Assembly: GCA_016839815.1 (NCBI GenBank)
Contig: JAEOTM010000136.1
Span: forward strand, 1-10,124
Length of the DNA: 10,124 bases
Reading direction: 5' to 3'
Origin: Candidatus Hodarchaeota archaeon
GTDB taxonomy: Archaea > Asgardarchaeota > Heimdallarchaeia > Hodarchaeales > Hodarchaeaceae
A program made the position numbers and the translations under genes. This document shows, piece by piece, positions 7,216-10,124 of the stretch (its first letter is position 1; each line of letters opens with the position of its first letter). The notes beneath the pieces were generated by a model. The model was not told where the DNA came from, made no database searches, and was given only the letters and a program-made list of their open reading frames with translations.

Positions 7216-8439
7216 TTGAAATCTGTAAGACCAAGGACGTTTAACATCCTCACACTAGTCTTTACTTACTTTCTTTGGGGTTTTGCCAATTATATTTTCA
7301 CCATTCAAATTCAACCTTTCATAATCGATCTATATGGAGATAATGAGTTTATTGCTCAATTATTAGGCACAATTCTCTCAATCGGGAGTTTTTTTGCTGT
7401 TATTCCTCTTCTCTTTAGCTATCTCTCAGATATCCATGGTAGAAAGAAATTTATCCTATTAGGACAGTTTTTAAGTTTTATAGGATTATTTGGATTATCT
7501 TTGGAGAATACACAATTATTCCTATTGGTCCTTAGTATCATCTTATTTAATGTCGGACTTGGGCTCCAAGATTCCCCTCTTAACACCATAATTTACGAGT
7601 CGACGTCAGAAAAGCACCGTGGGTTAATTTATGCACTAATTTACAATTCAGGAGCTATAGCAGGAATTCTGGCTTCTTTACTACTTGAAAAAAATACTTC
7701 GTATGACAGTTACCTCTTCTTTTTTCAGATTGGGACGATTTCTTTATTCATAATTCTGGTTCTGAATCTTGTATTTTTGACGGATATCAAATCTAATGTG
7801 AGTAATATCGATTTCTCGATCAGAAACATAATCTCCCAACCAATATCTCGACTTACAATGATAGCCTTCGTTGTTGATGCATTTGCATGGGGTTTACTAC
7901 TTTCTATTGCTTATGGAATCTTTGATCTTCTTTTTGACTTGAATGTCAGTTTTATTGCCACCTTGATTCTCTTTCAATCTATTTCATTAGTGATACTACA
8001 ATATCCTGCTGGATTTCTGGTCGATCGTTTAGGGAAAATTTCAGGTTTGATATTTGGAGAAATAACTGGAATTCTATTCCTTATCTGTGTTCAGCTTGCT
8101 TTAATGAATCCTTCCGAAGCAAGGACTCTACTACTAATAGGGGAAGTATTTCTTGGTGTAAGCATTGCATTTTGGAAACCCGCAGAAATCATAAGTTTTA
8201 TTGCAGTTGATCCTACAACCCCTGCTACACATTTTGGAATAATGGCTTTTTTCCAGAGAATGGGTTGGGTTCCTACTGCAGCGGTAGGAGGCTTTCTTTA
8301 TTCAATTTTTGGTCTTAGTTCAATTCTTATCATAACATTCATTGGAACATTGGTGGCTATGTACTTATTCTATAAGATACACCAGCTAGAAACGATAAAC
8401 AAGGATCAAACCGTCGAATTGTTGAATTCAACAGAGTAA
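7216..8439 (+). CDS. Major facilitator superfamily transporter
   Basis: 407 aa with about 12 hydrophobic segments in two halves. MFS motif A appears in both halves (YLSDIHGRKK and GFLVDRLGK). TTG start with GGTGG upstream. Substrate cannot be inferred. Confidence 0.9.
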   Translation: MKSVRPRTFNILTLVFTYFLWGFANYIFTIQIQPFIIDLYGDNEFIAQLLGTILSIGSFFAVIPLLFSYLSDIHGRKKFILLGQFLSFIGLFGLSLENTQLFLLVLSIILFNVGLGLQDSPLNTIIYESTSEKHRGLIYALIYNSGAIAGILASLLLEKNTSYDSYLFFFQIGTISLFIILVLNLVFLTDIKSNVSNIDFSIRNIISQPISRLTMIAFVVDAFAWGLLLSIAYGIFDLLFDLNVSFIATLILFQSISLVILQYPAGFLVDRLGKISGLIFGEITGILFLICVQLALMNPSEARTLLLIGEVFLGVSIAFWKPAEIISFIAVDPTTPATHFGIMAFFQRMGWVPTAAVGGFLYSIFGLSSILIITFIGTLVAMYLFYKIHQLETINKDQTVELLNSTE

Positions 8440-8489
8440 GGGAAAAATTTCGACAGGTCTCTCTTTAACCAGAATTGGGTGTTCAGATA

Positions 8490-8504
8490 CAAAATCTTTA
8501 ATTA
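8490..8504 (+). promoter_or_regulatory. BRE/TATA-like promoter candidate (CAAAATC-TTTAATTA)
   Basis: TTTAATTA (8497-8504) ends 24 nt before ATG 8529, the classic spacing for a leaderless archaeal mRNA. No SD before that ATG. Confidence 0.45.
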
Positions 8505-8528
8505 ATTTAAGAATAATCATCACATAGT

Positions 8529-8984
8529 ATGGAAATTAATCAACAGAGAATATACAGGTCTGTAGTGGAAATCTATCGTGCTTTAAGGAATGATCGGATT
8601 TTACTTTTTGCTATAGCAATTGTTAGTATCCTGACACTTGGGAATTTCTTCAACAAAGAAATTCTTGGTTTTGAACCATTACAGTATTCTCTCTTCTCCT
8701 ATGATAAAATTCTTCATCTTCTCTCATCGGTGATTATTTTACGGGTTACTTATTGCTTGATCTTGCGTGTTGATCATTCATATACCAAAAAGCATCCACT
8801 ACTCATTGCTTCCTTTCTTACTATGTTTCTTTACGGCTTTTTATGGGAACCTTTTGAACTCTTGACATTCTTAGTTCAAGAATCGAAGTCAGAACAATTT
8901 TGGGCTGAACTTCTTGATGTTCCACTAGATTGGTTATATGATTTGGCTGGAATATTGTTGAGTAATTTCTTAGGGTATGATTAA
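8529..8984 (+). CDS. Small membrane protein (about 4 TM), DUF2238/VanZ-like
   Basis: YDKILH, LWEPFEL and DVPLDWLYDLAG align with the motifs in the 5943..7046 product. Confidence 0.7.
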   Translation: MEINQQRIYRSVVEIYRALRNDRILLFAIAIVSILTLGNFFNKEILGFEPLQYSLFSYDKILHLLSSVIILRVTYCLILRVDHSYTKKHPLLIASFLTMFLYGFLWEPFELLTFLVQESKSEQFWAELLDVPLDWLYDLAGILLSNFLGYD

Positions 8985-9003
8985 TAACAAATTGGGACAG
9001 GAA

Positions 9004-10124
9004 ATGAAAATATTGAGGAAAAAACCTGTATTTCTTTTAATAAGCTTATCTTTTGTAATTATCGGGATTCATACTTTACCTATTTCATCTGAAGTTCAAT
9101 TACTAGGTTTAGAGGAGATAGAACCAATAAAATTAATGACTTATAACATCGAGGAGAGTGGGGTGGATCCTGATTGGAAAGAAGTCGTGAGGGAAGAAAA
9201 TCCTGATATTCTAGTTTTAGTTGAAACAGGTGATTGGGATGATGCTTCTGGTGACGGTTTTGATCAAACCGACTTCAATTCTTTGATCACTGAATTAAAT
9301 AGCTACTTTCCTTCTGAAGAACCCTATAGTGCATATACAGCACAAAATGTTATTTATGATACAAGCGGCGAAGCAATCCTAAGCAGATTTCCAGTTCTAA
9401 GTTTTACACAAATCCATACTCTCCTCTTAGATGATGACACCCCCTTCATTCCCAGTCATGATTTCATTGATGCAGAAATCGATCTGAATGAAACAATTAT
9501 TCATGTAATCGGTGTACATTTGAAGTGTTGCGCTGGAGAAACCAATGAAATAAAAAGAGAAAAAGCACAAGAAGGAATTAACAATTATATGGATACTTTG
9601 GGAGATGTTCCGATAATATATACTGGAGATCTTAATACGTTTTCACCCGAGGATACTGGTGACCTTGCACCTACAGGTGATCTTGGTGATGATGTAATTC
9701 CAATGCTTACAGATTCTACCAATCCAGATGCATGTAATGAACATGAATTCTTTGATGTTTTCCGTACCCTGAATCCGACTACTCCTGGTTATACATATGG
9801 GTGGGATAATTCGTTTTTAAGGTCACGAATAGACTATATTTTTGCCAATGAATTCTTTGAAGATCTATTTCTCAATTCTACGACTGGAGGAACAGTATCT
9901 GAAAATATATCCTCGGACCACTTATCGGTTGATGCTTTCTTTCAATTAACACCAATAAGTGTTACTTCTTCCACCACAAGTGAATCAACAACCACCGAAA
10001 CAACCACTACTACACGTGATTCTAGTATACCTAGTACTACGGCTTCTACCACGGCGTCTACCACCAATCCTGACACTCAAACTTCTTCCCTAAGTTTATT
10101 GATTGTCTTTCTGGGAATTGGTAC
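9004..10124 (+). CDS. Secreted/surface endonuclease-exonuclease-phosphatase (EEP, DNase I-like) family protein, 3'-truncated by the window edge
   Basis: Hand translation of frame 1 from ATG 9004 shows no stop up to the window end. Signal-like N-terminus MKILRKKPVFLLISLSFVIIGI, then EEP motifs LMTYNI, PDILVLVE, AILSRFP, VHLKCC, GDLN, GYTY, RIDYIF, SDH. These are followed by a Ser/Thr linker and the start of a hydrophobic helix (LSLLIVFLGIG). Confidence 0.92.
   Translation, partial: MKILRKKPVFLLISLSFVIIGIHTLPISSEVQLLGLEEIEPIKLMTYNIEESGVDPDWKEVVREENPDILVLVETGDWDDASGDGFDQTDFNSLITELNSYFPSEEPYSAYTAQNVIYDTSGEAILSRFPVLSFTQIHTLLLDDDTPFIPSHDFIDAEIDLNETIIHVIGVHLKCCAGETNEIKREKAQEGINNYMDTLGDVPIIYTGDLNTFSPEDTGDLAPTGDLGDDVIPMLTDSTNPDACNEHEFFDVFRTLNPTTPGYTYGWDNSFLRSRIDYIFANEFFEDLFLNSTTGGTVSENISSDHLSVDAFFQLTPISVTSSTTSESTTTETTTTTRDSSIPSTTASTTASTTNPDTQTSSLSLLIVFLGIG
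9949..10089 (+). repeat. Low-complexity Ser/Thr-rich coding linker with a 12-bp tandem duplication
   Basis: Encodes TPISVTSSTTSESTTTETTTTTRDSSIPSTTASTTASTTNPDTQTSS. Contains acggcttctacc (10039-10050) and acggcgtctacc (10051-10062). Confidence 0.75.

Noticed and set aside
9961-10065. ACC/ACT-rich repeats as a CRISPR or satellite
   Set aside because: Explained by Thr/Ser codons in a protein linker, with no repeat-spacer structure.
9004-10124. EEP gene as a retroelement endonuclease or defence nuclease
   Set aside because: Signal peptide and membrane tail point to an extracellular enzyme, and no reverse transcriptase, mobile or defence genes are nearby.

Overview
AT-rich, gene-dense prokaryotic window that looks archaeal. 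The signs are TATA/BRE-like boxes, GGTGA/GAGGT ribosome-binding sites, an oligo-T terminator, sequon-rich surface proteins and a Ser/Thr-linker plus C-terminal membrane anchor. An Asgard/Heimdallarchaeia-like origin is my inference and is not demonstrated. Left half: a TCA-cycle operon (5'-truncated sdhA/frdA, sdhB/frdB, class II fumarase fumC), then an SRPBCC/AHSA1-like gene (-), a membrane-anchored LEA_2/WHy protein (+) and a CysM-like PLP cysteine synthase (-). Right half: a co-oriented run of four envelope genes. Two polytopic membrane proteins share a DKxxH...WExxE...DxxxDxxxD motif (DUF2238/VanZ-like) and flank an MFS transporter. They are followed by an acidic, secreted EEP-family hydrolase that runs off the window and is missing from the ORF track. 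No rRNA, tRNA, CRISPR array or mobile element was seen. The best candidate for an undescribed system is the four-gene envelope cluster. Smaller oddities are a shortened [4Fe-4S] motif and an insertion in SdhB, and in-frame stop-interrupted leaders on both genes flanking the 5688-5942 intergenic region.
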